Below are positions 56,071 through 64,000 of a stretch of 64,000 nt of DNA, one piece after another. The position numbers and the translations under genes are program-made. The notes beneath the pieces were generated by a model that had not been told where the DNA came from, did no database searches, and saw only the letters and a list, made by a program, of their open reading frames with translations. Within the stretch, counting starts at the first letter, position 1; each line of letters starts with the position of its first letter. The DNA is from a virus: positions 32,001 through 96,000 of the IMG/VR virus record IMGVR_UViG_3300029319_009305; one strand, written 5' to 3'.

Positions 56071-56916
56071 ATGGAGCAAAAACTATTACCAACTGGAAAA
56101 CCACACGTATCATTTTCAGAAGTTAGAATATGGAAAGAGTGCGGTTGGAAACATAAATTAACATACATTGACAAGCTAGCGCCTTTTGAAACATCAGTGC
56201 ATCTTGAGTACGGGACTATTATTCATGACGCACTTGAACACTTTTTAAAAACTAGGGAATTAAAAATTGAAGAAACAAAGGAGAAAATAAAGGCTGCATG
56301 GGAAGAACACCAATTTGATGTAGAAGATAACATTAGTAAGCTGACGTTGTTGGCAGAGACACAAGGGTGGAAATATAGGCATAATTACCTTAGCGACTGG
56401 TTAACATGGTCAGAAAATACTCTGGGCGACATAACAGAATTTATGGAAACAAACTATCCTGACTGGGAGTTTGTTTCTGCAGAAGAAAAGTTATATGAAG
56501 AAATTAAAGATTCTACTTATTTCAAGGGTTTTATCGACGGAATTATTAAATATAAAAAAGGTAGAAAAGACAAGTATGTCATTATTGATTGGAAAACAGC
56601 AGGGCCTAGAGGGTGGATGCGTGATAAGAAGCAAGACATTAAGACCACAGCACAGTTAACCCTTTACAAATATTATTGGGGAGCAAAAAATAACATAAGT
56701 TACAGAGATATTGCGTGTCACTTTGTACTTCTTAAAAGACAATCTAAGCCTGGAAAAATTTGTCAAATTGTTGAAGTAAGTGCAGGAGACAAAAGCATGG
56801 TAAAAGCTAATAAGATGGTTAACAATATGTTGTCTTCCGTTCGCAAAGGAATGTTCCTCAAAAATAGAAATAGCTGTAAATTTTGTCCTTTTTTGAACAC
56901 AGAGCTGTGTAAGTAA
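56071..56916 (+). CDS. PD-(D/E)XK nuclease, Cas4/RecB-like
   Basis: SFS..C, GTIIH, GFIDG, IDWKT, QLTLY, C-terminal CKFC......C. Confidence 0.88.
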   Translation: MEQKLLPTGKPHVSFSEVRIWKECGWKHKLTYIDKLAPFETSVHLEYGTIIHDALEHFLKTRELKIEETKEKIKAAWEEHQFDVEDNISKLTLLAETQGWKYRHNYLSDWLTWSENTLGDITEFMETNYPDWEFVSAEEKLYEEIKDSTYFKGFIDGIIKYKKGRKDKYVIIDWKTAGPRGWMRDKKQDIKTTAQLTLYKYYWGAKNNISYRDIACHFVLLKRQSKPGKICQIVEVSAGDKSMVKANKMVNNMLSSVRKGMFLKNRNSCKFCPFLNTELCK

Positions 56917-56964
56917 TTTACTTTTTTTGCATTTAATAGTAGAATAAATTTATTCTGCTGAGGT

Positions 56965-58227
56965 TTGCAAATGAAAGAAGAAAAAAAGAAACTGAAGGTT
57001 TTGATATTATCTGATCACGCTCTATCTACAAGTGGAGTAGGAACACAAACTAGACACCTAGTGACAGGATTGTTAGAAAAAGATACATGGACGTTTAGGC
57101 AGTTTGGAGCTGCTCTGAAACACACAGATTATAGAACAGTTGTTGTCAATGATGATTTTATTATTAAGCCTATTGATGGATTTGGTAATCCTGACTTAAT
57201 AAGGGTGACTTTAGCCACAGAAAAACCCGACGTTCTGTTTATTTTTACAGATCCTAGATTTTTCATATGGCTTTTTGAAATGGAAGATGAAATACATCAA
57301 ATTTGTCCAATTGTTTGGTGGCATGTTTGGGATAATTATCCATACCCACAATTTAATGATGTCCTATATCAGTCAACCGATTTAATAAATTGCCATTCTC
57401 ATTTAACTTATACAATGCTGAAGGAGCGATATCCAGATAAAACAAATTTTATTCCTCATGCTTTACCTGCTGAAATGTTTAAAACTTTACCAAAGAAAGA
57501 CTTGATTGAAAGTAAAAAGCAACTATTAGGTGAAAGCAGGCTTGATCATTTTGTAGGAGTATGGGTCAATAGAAATGCAAAAAGAAAAAGACCGAGTGAT
57601 GTTCTTCATTCTTGGAAAATATTTTTGGATAATTTAGAAAAAAAGCATGGTCACAGGAAAGCAACCTTGATAATGCACACAGAACCTACTGACAAAGAAG
57701 GACCTAATCTATATAAGGTTTCGGAAATGCTAGGTATTCAAAACAATGTTTTCTTTTCTCGGGAAAGGTTAGAATTTGAAGCAATGAACATTATTTACGG
57801 AATATCAGACTTCTGCATTAATATTTCCTATGCAGAAGGCTTTGGTTTAGGAACTTTAGAAGCCATGATGACTGGTACTCCAATTATTGCTGCAAAAACA
57901 GGCGGGATGACTCGACAAGTTGTTGATCACCGTGATGGGACACAGAACGGAGTTGCACTAGATATTGCGACCAAGTCTCTTGTGGGCAGTCAGGCTGTAC
58001 CTTATATCTATGAAGACTATGTTGACGTTGAAGATACTGCTGATGCGATAATGAAAATGTTTGAAATGAATGATTATGAAAGAGAAATGCTCTCAGATAA
58101 AGTCAAGAAGTACGCAACAACACAATTTTCATTGCAAAAAACCGTAGATGACTGGCACGATACAATGCTTGATACAGTAGAAAATTGGAAATCAAATTAT
58201 AAAAAATGGGAGTGTTATGAGCTTTAG
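56965..58227 (+). CDS. GT4 glycosyltransferase
   Basis: SGVG, NRNAKRK, EGFGLGTLEAMMTGTP. Confidence 0.88.
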   Translation: MQMKEEKKKLKVLILSDHALSTSGVGTQTRHLVTGLLEKDTWTFRQFGAALKHTDYRTVVVNDDFIIKPIDGFGNPDLIRVTLATEKPDVLFIFTDPRFFIWLFEMEDEIHQICPIVWWHVWDNYPYPQFNDVLYQSTDLINCHSHLTYTMLKERYPDKTNFIPHALPAEMFKTLPKKDLIESKKQLLGESRLDHFVGVWVNRNAKRKRPSDVLHSWKIFLDNLEKKHGHRKATLIMHTEPTDKEGPNLYKVSEMLGIQNNVFFSRERLEFEAMNIIYGISDFCINISYAEGFGLGTLEAMMTGTPIIAAKTGGMTRQVVDHRDGTQNGVALDIATKSLVGSQAVPYIYEDYVDVEDTADAIMKMFEMNDYEREMLSDKVKKYATTQFSLQKTVDDWHDTMLDTVENWKSNYKKWECYEL

Positions 58228-58242
58228 AATGGAGATTATGAA

Positions 58243-59412
58243 ATGAAAGTAATAATAAGAGCACCACTTTTGTCCTTGAGCGGGTACGGTATTCATTCAA
58301 GACAGGTTTTTGAATGGTTAGAATCTTTACCGGGAATAGATTTGAATGTAGAGATAGTTCAATGGGGTAGAACTGCTTGGATTTTGGATCAAGATCAGGA
58401 TGACGGAATTGTTAAAAGAATAATATCTAAATCAAAACCACAGAAGGAAGGAATTAAATATGATTATTCCTTTCAAGTCCAGCTACCTGATGAGTGGGAT
58501 CCTAGTATTGCGAAACACAACATAGGCATATCAGCATTTGTTGAGACCGATCGATGTAACCCAAAATGGATTGAAAAGTGTAATGAAATGGATGCAATTA
58601 TTGTTCCTTCGACTTTTACAAAAAATGTTGCAAAAAGATCTGGAGTTCTGAGAAAGCCTATTTACGTAGTGCCGGAATGGTTTAATGAAAAAATTGAATT
58701 AGAAAGTATTGAACCGCTTGATCTTAAGTTGCGGACAAAGTTTAATTTTTTAATGATTGGAACGATAACTGCACAGACTGCTGATGAAGATAGAAAAAAT
58801 ATTTTCTACGCAATAAAGTGGTTTTGTGAAAAGTTCAAAGATGATAAAAGAGTTGGTCTTGTGCTAAAAACTAGTTATGGTAAGGGCACTAAAATAGATA
58901 GACAGCTGACAAAAACTGCCATTCGACAAGTTTTAGGTGAAGTAAGAGAGGGAAAATTTCCCAAGGTTCACCTGATTCATGGTAACCTAAATCAAGAAGA
59001 GGTTGCATCTTTATATAGACACCCAAAGATAAAAGGTGTGATATCAGCTACAAAAGGAGAGGGTTATGGACTTCCTCTTGTTGAAGGAGCTGCTTCTGGT
59101 TTACCTATTGTCGCGACAGGCTGGTCTGGGCACACTGAATTTCTAGAAAAAGGAAAGTATTTAGATGTTGATTACACTTTGAAAGAAATTACCAAAACAA
59201 GAATAGATGGTAGGGTTTTTGTTGAAGGTACAAGATGGGCTGATGTTAATGAGCGAGATTTTAAAAGAAAAATTAAGGATTTGAAAGATAGATATAGTTT
59301 ACATAGTAAGAATGCAAAAAAAATGCAAAAATCCATTCATGAAAACTTTAGCAAAAAAGCAGTTATGAAAAAATATGATCAATTTTTTGATGAATTTAAA
59401 AGAAATATTTAG
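58243..59412 (+). CDS. GT4 glycosyltransferase
   Basis: SGYG, RKN, KGEGYGLPLVEGAASGLP, WSGH. Confidence 0.88.
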   Translation: MKVIIRAPLLSLSGYGIHSRQVFEWLESLPGIDLNVEIVQWGRTAWILDQDQDDGIVKRIISKSKPQKEGIKYDYSFQVQLPDEWDPSIAKHNIGISAFVETDRCNPKWIEKCNEMDAIIVPSTFTKNVAKRSGVLRKPIYVVPEWFNEKIELESIEPLDLKLRTKFNFLMIGTITAQTADEDRKNIFYAIKWFCEKFKDDKRVGLVLKTSYGKGTKIDRQLTKTAIRQVLGEVREGKFPKVHLIHGNLNQEEVASLYRHPKIKGVISATKGEGYGLPLVEGAASGLPIVATGWSGHTEFLEKGKYLDVDYTLKEITKTRIDGRVFVEGTRWADVNERDFKRKIKDLKDRYSLHSKNAKKMQKSIHENFSKKAVMKKYDQFFDEFKRNI

Positions 59413-59423
59413 CAGGGTTTTTT

Positions 59424-59747
59424 ATGGACATAATGATCGCTATAATCATTGTTTTGGTATTATTTTGCACATTTAGTACTTACTATGCTGTAAAGTTTGG
59501 GTTGTTGTTGTTGCGTTTACAAGACGACATAGAAATGTCGTTGGATGAGATTGAAGAAAGTTATGAAGTTATGACAAAGATTTTACAGAAACCTATCTTT
59601 TTTGATTCCCTTGAAGTTCGACAATGTGTTGATGAAATAAAAAAATGTAGGAATATTGTTGTCAAAGTAGGTAACCGATTAACTTCTTTTGGAAAAAATG
59701 AAAATGAAACAACAGGAGAGTTATCATACGATGAAGGCGAAAGGTAA
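59424..59747 (+). CDS. single-TM hypothetical protein
   Basis: N-terminal hydrophobic helix. Confidence 0.65.
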   Translation: MDIMIAIIIVLVLFCTFSTYYAVKFGLLLLRLQDDIEMSLDEIEESYEVMTKILQKPIFFDSLEVRQCVDEIKKCRNIVVKVGNRLTSFGKNENETTGELSYDEGER

Positions 59748-60498
59748 AAAAAGAACAGTTAAGACAACTAGAAGGTCAAAAAATAAAAAATCAAATAGAA
59801 AATTATATTTTGGACCGACCACAGACCAGGCAATTTGCGAATTTCAAAAATCCAATTCACAAGAAGAAAAAACAGAAATATACAAGACGATTATTCAACC
59901 AAGTTTTGCAAAATTAGCAGAAAATTTGATATTTATTCATGGGTTTGCTAAGCATCACCATAATTACGAAGCTTTAAAAGGTGATTGTGTATCGTTTCTG
60001 TATGAAACATTACAAAAGTTTGATCCCGATAGGGGTTCGAAAGCTTTTTCTTATTTTAATGTCGTTGCAAAAAATTGGTTAATCATACAGAGCAAAAAAA
60101 GACTTAAGAACATTACTAGACACGTTAGTCTTACTAATTTTAATGATATGAAGGCAACAGATAAAGAAGCGATTGAAATGTACAATTACATGCCATCGCA
60201 GGACTATCGAGTCATCGCAATTGAAAATAAGCAAATTTTATTTGAAATACTAAGAAAAATTAGAAAAAAAATAAGTACTCAAAATGAAATAGCATGTATG
60301 AACGCGATAGAGACACTCTTTAATAAAATAGAAGAATTGGATTTCTTAAACAAAAGAGCAGTCTTTATTTACATGCGAGAAATATCGGGATTGACGCCAA
60401 AACAATTATCAGTTGCAATGTCTAATATTAGAAAACATTACAAAGAAATAAAAGGAACAGACACAGAGTATTTTTCTTTATTTTTTGTGCAGGAGTAA
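59689..60498 (+). CDS. phage RNA polymerase sigma-like factor (late-sigma-like); start may be MKAKG
   Basis: Region-2-like LAENL...DCVSFL...KFDPDRGSKAFSYFNVVAKN. Confidence 0.7.
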   Translation: MEKMKMKQQESYHTMKAKGKKRTVKTTRRSKNKKSNRKLYFGPTTDQAICEFQKSNSQEEKTEIYKTIIQPSFAKLAENLIFIHGFAKHHHNYEALKGDCVSFLYETLQKFDPDRGSKAFSYFNVVAKNWLIIQSKKRLKNITRHVSLTNFNDMKATDKEAIEMYNYMPSQDYRVIAIENKQILFEILRKIRKKISTQNEIACMNAIETLFNKIEELDFLNKRAVFIYMREISGLTPKQLSVAMSNIRKHYKEIKGTDTEYFSLFFVQE

Positions 60499-60500
60499 TA

Positions 60501-60866
60501 ATGTCAAAAACAATTGAAAAAGAAATTAAAAAAGCAAAGTCAAAAGAATCAAAGATAGAAAAGTTTAGTGATTTATTGGATAGTTTATCAGGTACAGAAG
60601 ATAAAAAAAAGATGCTCTGGAAAGAAGCATACGAGAATGCTTTGTACGACAGAGAAAATGCTAATATACTTTTGACAGATCTGTTATTACAAGTAAAAGG
60701 GAGTGTTCCTTTACATACGTCATTAGGTTCCATAATGACAAAGTATTTGGAAAGGATGTCAAAATCAAATGATCAAATACTTAGACTCGCAGAATTAATA
60801 GCAAAAGAAGAGGAGGTTGATCAGATTTCTTCTGACGACATATTTAAACAAATACAGGGTAATTAA
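60501..60866 (+). CDS. hypothetical helical phage protein
   Basis: AGGAG RBS; LWKEAYENA, KYLERMSKSNDQIL. Confidence 0.7.
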   Translation: MSKTIEKEIKKAKSKESKIEKFSDLLDSLSGTEDKKKMLWKEAYENALYDRENANILLTDLLLQVKGSVPLHTSLGSIMTKYLERMSKSNDQILRLAELIAKEEEVDQISSDDIFKQIQGN

Positions 60867-60867
60867 T

Positions 60868-62367
60868 ATGAAGTTAAGAGATCATAGAATCTTCAATAGA
60901 GGTCGTCAGACAAGGCAATCATTAAGAAGCGCAGAAGAATCAGCTGAAATGTCAGCGCAAATGATTCAGGAAACAAACCATTTTGAGACAGCAATTGTAA
61001 CAGAATTTATTAGTCATCCCGAATCATTCCTCAGAACTTCTGTTACTGTTGATGAACAAAGTACAAATAATTCACTTAGAAGTAAAACTAAGAATACCTT
61101 AGCAACATCAACGGGAATAGGTCTGAAAGGATCAACAATGCTTGAAGAGTTGACAACTGGAACAAAGAAGGTAAAAAATCCTTACTTGGTGCAATTAATG
61201 CCCAGAAATAGTATTATTGGGATTAACATTACTGGTGGGAAGGCACACTCAGAGAAAGATGCTGAAGTGTTTTTTCCATTTTTCCCTGCACATTTAGGAA
61301 TGCCTGTTAAACCTGGAGAGCAAGTATGGGTTTTTTACGAAAATATCGGAAAAAAAAGAGTAGGTTACTGGTTGTTTAGAAAAACAGGAACAGTTCACAT
61401 TGACGATCTGAACTATACATTCTTAGATCGACAAGAGTCTATAGCAGATTTAATGGCTATGAAAAACGATCCTAATGTTAGTTTGAATAAATCTAAGTTT
61501 AATACGCTAGTTGAAAATTTGGCTTACAGCTTTCCCGATCCAAGAGCCGCCGGCGATGGTTCAGGTAATTCAAGTATTAATCCTGATAGTTTAGTAAAGG
61601 ATTCTTTGAGTTATGATCGTGAGTTTATAGGCGAGCCCGTTCCAAGGTACAGGAAAAAATGTGGTGATTTAGTGTTGCAAGGTTCTAACAACACATTAAT
61701 AACAATGACAGAAGAATCCGACATCACCACCGGCAAAATATGCTTAGTTGTCGGACGATCAGCAGATCCTACGAATGGTTTTGATGATTTTGTTTCAAAC
61801 AAAAGAGGGGATTCATCAAAGTCTTTAGAATATAGAGAAATAAATAAGACAAGGATAATTACAGACCCGAATAGTGTAACAGACGCTGAAGGGGATATCG
61901 TAGGCACTGGCGGGGAAAGCGCAAAGCTAGAGTTAAGGATGGCAGATGGAGGTGTTATTGATATGAGAACAACAAACAGCAGTATTATTCATATTGATAA
62001 TTCTCAAATTGTTTTAGCAAAGTCCGACACGTTCGATTATAGTAAGGGCCAAATTACTATTTTGGATGAATCATTAGGTATAGAAGCACCAGAAATGGTG
62101 AGTATTAAATCAAATGACATAACACTTCAGTCTAGTATTGAAGGGGGCATTAAAGCAACTAGCCTCGATGGTGAAGGTGGTGCACTTTTATCACTTCAAC
62201 CAATACAAGAATTTCTTGAGACATATAATTCAGCTACACCGGATGCAAAAGCACAGCTGCTTTTACCTCTTGGCACAGCAGCCCCAATAGTAGCTGCTAT
62301 ATTAGAATCAGGACTAGTAGAAACGGCATTAGAGCAGCTAGCTACAAAATACTTTTTCGCTGAGTAG
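60868..62367 (+). CDS. baseplate hub/spike protein (gp5/Vgr OB-fold-like)
   Basis: FPFFP..L.MPVKPGEQVWV, GYW, GDLVLQGSNN and beta-rich C-terminus; adjacent to gp25/gp6. Confidence 0.6.
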   Translation: MKLRDHRIFNRGRQTRQSLRSAEESAEMSAQMIQETNHFETAIVTEFISHPESFLRTSVTVDEQSTNNSLRSKTKNTLATSTGIGLKGSTMLEELTTGTKKVKNPYLVQLMPRNSIIGINITGGKAHSEKDAEVFFPFFPAHLGMPVKPGEQVWVFYENIGKKRVGYWLFRKTGTVHIDDLNYTFLDRQESIADLMAMKNDPNVSLNKSKFNTLVENLAYSFPDPRAAGDGSGNSSINPDSLVKDSLSYDREFIGEPVPRYRKKCGDLVLQGSNNTLITMTEESDITTGKICLVVGRSADPTNGFDDFVSNKRGDSSKSLEYREINKTRIITDPNSVTDAEGDIVGTGGESAKLELRMADGGVIDMRTTNSSIIHIDNSQIVLAKSDTFDYSKGQITILDESLGIEAPEMVSIKSNDITLQSSIEGGIKATSLDGEGGALLSLQPIQEFLETYNSATPDAKAQLLLPLGTAAPIVAAILESGLVETALEQLATKYFFAE

Positions 62368-62445
62368 CATCAATGTCAATATACACGGTTCTTAAAAAAA
62401 AGAGATTAAAAATTTGAGTACGGATTAATTATAACAGAGGTAAAA

Positions 62446-62934
62446 ATGCCAACTTATTCTTTTAAAAGCTCTGGATTTTTAAATAGAAATACTGACGAGC
62501 GTGTCAACGCTGTTACTTTAAAGCCAATTGGGATCAAAACACCACTTGAATTTTCTAGAAAAAACCAAGATAGTTTATTCTCAATGCATTATAAAGTTAT
62601 AGATCAGATTCATGACAATCTTAGAAATCTCTTGCTAACAAACCCAGGCGAAAGATTAGGGCGACATGATTACGGCGCTGGATTAAGAGAAATGACGATG
62701 GAAATGATATCAAGTGAAAATTACGAGCACGCTGTGATGATGCGAATAAAAAACACAGTTGATATATACATGCCTTTCATTGATTTAGATAGTTTTGGAA
62801 TTGACGATATTGTTTCGACTCCGTACGAATTGCAGGGTGGTATGAGTAAAGTTACAGTGACTATTGCTTACAATGTACCTAAACTATCAATTGTTAACAA
62901 AAGATTACAATTAATTTTATATGTCGCAGGATAA
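62446..62934 (+). CDS. baseplate wedge subunit, T4 gp25-like
   Basis: QIHDNLRNLLLTNPGERLGRHDYGAGL...YMPFI. Confidence 0.88.
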   Translation: MPTYSFKSSGFLNRNTDERVNAVTLKPIGIKTPLEFSRKNQDSLFSMHYKVIDQIHDNLRNLLLTNPGERLGRHDYGAGLREMTMEMISSENYEHAVMMRIKNTVDIYMPFIDLDSFGIDDIVSTPYELQGGMSKVTVTIAYNVPKLSIVNKRLQLILYVAG

Positions 62935-62937
62935 ATT

Positions 62938-64000
62938 ATGCCTAAAAATATTAAGAAAGAAGCAAAATTAATTAGAGACACAAGTTACTTAAATAAAGAC
63001 TTCGGAGGTTTCAGAAAAGACCTTTTAAATTATGCAAAAACACACTTTTCCGAACAGATCCGCGATTTTTCAGAGGTGTCAGTAGGGGGTATGCTTGTTG
63101 ATATGGCTGCTTATGTAGGTGATGTTATGTCCTTCTACCTCGATCATCAGTATTCAGAATTAAATCTTGAAACAGCAATTGAGGAACCAAACGTCCAGAG
63201 GTTGATTAGGCAGTCAGGTATCACAATAACAGGAGCTAGTCCTGCAATAGTTTCTGCAACTATTTATATTAGAGTTGATTCCGCCTTTGATATTAAGACG
63301 CAGTCATACATACCCAATCATCGGCAGCTACCTATTTTAAAAGCAGGTACAAAAGTAGCTTCAGTCGACGGAACTGTTTTTGAGTTAACCCAAGACTATG
63401 ATTTTGCAGAGAAAAATTTAACTAATGAATTGATAAGTTCAGTTTCCACAGGTAATACTGATAATAATGGGACAGTTTTAGATTATATAGTTTATAGAGA
63501 CTGTATTTTTACTAGTGCAATTTCTAAAACAGAAACATTTAATATTTCTAATGAATTTATTCCTTTTAGAACAATTGATTTAGCAGAATCTGATATTAGC
63601 GAAATTGTATCTGTTTATGATAGTGAAAACAATCATTATTATGAAGTAAAGTCTCTAACACATGACGTTGTTTATAGAAGGTTCAATAATGTTAAAAGTG
63701 ATAGTGACTTAGTTCATGATAAATTAGGGATTATTCCTGCTCCTAGAAGATTCACAAAAGAATTTTCTTTGCTAGATGGAAAGACAACAATTAGGTTTGG
63801 TTCAGGAAGAGCAGATACCTATGAGGATGATATAGTACCAGATCCATCAGATCATGCTTTGCCCTTGTACGGAAATAAAAGAACTTTCAGTAGATTTTCC
63901 ATAGATCCTAACAAGATGTTAGAAACTAGAACATTAGGCGTATCGCCTATCAATACAACACTAACAGTAACTTATAGACACGGAGGCGGTTTTGGGCACA
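62938..64000 (+). CDS. baseplate wedge subunit, T4 gp6-like, 3'-truncated (not in ORF track)
   Basis: MPKNIKK...YLNKDFGGFRKDLLNYAKTHF...DFSEVSVGGMLVDMAAYVGDVMSFYLD...ETA; IRFGSG; YRHGGG near the window end. Confidence 0.88.
   Translation, partial: MPKNIKKEAKLIRDTSYLNKDFGGFRKDLLNYAKTHFSEQIRDFSEVSVGGMLVDMAAYVGDVMSFYLDHQYSELNLETAIEEPNVQRLIRQSGITITGASPAIVSATIYIRVDSAFDIKTQSYIPNHRQLPILKAGTKVASVDGTVFELTQDYDFAEKNLTNELISSVSTGNTDNNGTVLDYIVYRDCIFTSAISKTETFNISNEFIPFRTIDLAESDISEIVSVYDSENNHYYEVKSLTHDVVYRRFNNVKSDSDLVHDKLGIIPAPRRFTKEFSLLDGKTTIRFGSGRADTYEDDIVPDPSDHALPLYGNKRTFSRFSIDPNKMLETRTLGVSPINTTLTVTYRHGGGFGH

Noticed and set aside
56071-56916. Cas4 as part of a CRISPR-Cas system
   Set aside because: Solo Cas4/RecB-like nucleases are common in phages; no other cas genes or array in the window
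1-64000. Stop-codon reassignment as seen in some large phages
   Set aside because: Genes are full-length and densely packed under the standard code, with TAA, TAG and TGA all used as stops
1-64000. tRNA, rRNA or IS elements
   Set aside because: None recognised by eye; tRNAscan-SE/ARAGORN would be needed to exclude tRNAs formally

Overview
This window is best read as a 64 kb segment of a large, T4-like (myovirus/jumbo) bacteriophage genome. It ends in gp5-, gp25- and gp6-like baseplate genes and carries a phage-type sigma factor, a PhoH protein and a Cas4/RecB-like nuclease. Five blocks are visible. (1) 1-10.8 kb is an early/host-takeover-like region of about 40 tiny genes. It is driven by 14 near-identical promoters ((T/A)GCAAA-N16-TATAAT, usually followed by ACCAACC-AGGA) plus one degenerate copy, in two convergent arms. 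It includes two candidate structured RNAs and an internal strand-skew switch, and is closed by a GC-rich palindrome cluster followed by A/T tracts. (2) 11-19.7 kb holds late-type genes, many sharing an N-terminal 'MK(I/L)xxxQLRxLIxE' leader that may be a capsid-targeting/cleavage signal. This block also has lipoproteins, a fatty-acid hydroxylase, a DUF2272/CHAP-like hydrolase and two proteases. (3) 20-28.6 kb is a complete yeaH-spoVR-prkA triad followed by a degenerate GroEL-like protein, an Hc1-like protein, a stand-alone sigma region-4 protein and PIN-PhoH. (4) 28.6-59.4 kb is a ~30 kb nucleotide-sugar/glycosyltransferase cluster: Gmd, split HldE, DmhA-like dehydratase, B12 radical SAM, split transketolase, RmlC, NeuA/NeuB, Ugd, about 11 GT-like genes and 4 methyltransferases. 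(5) 59.7-64 kb holds the sigma factor and baseplate genes. All family calls come from motif recognition by eye; no database searches were run.
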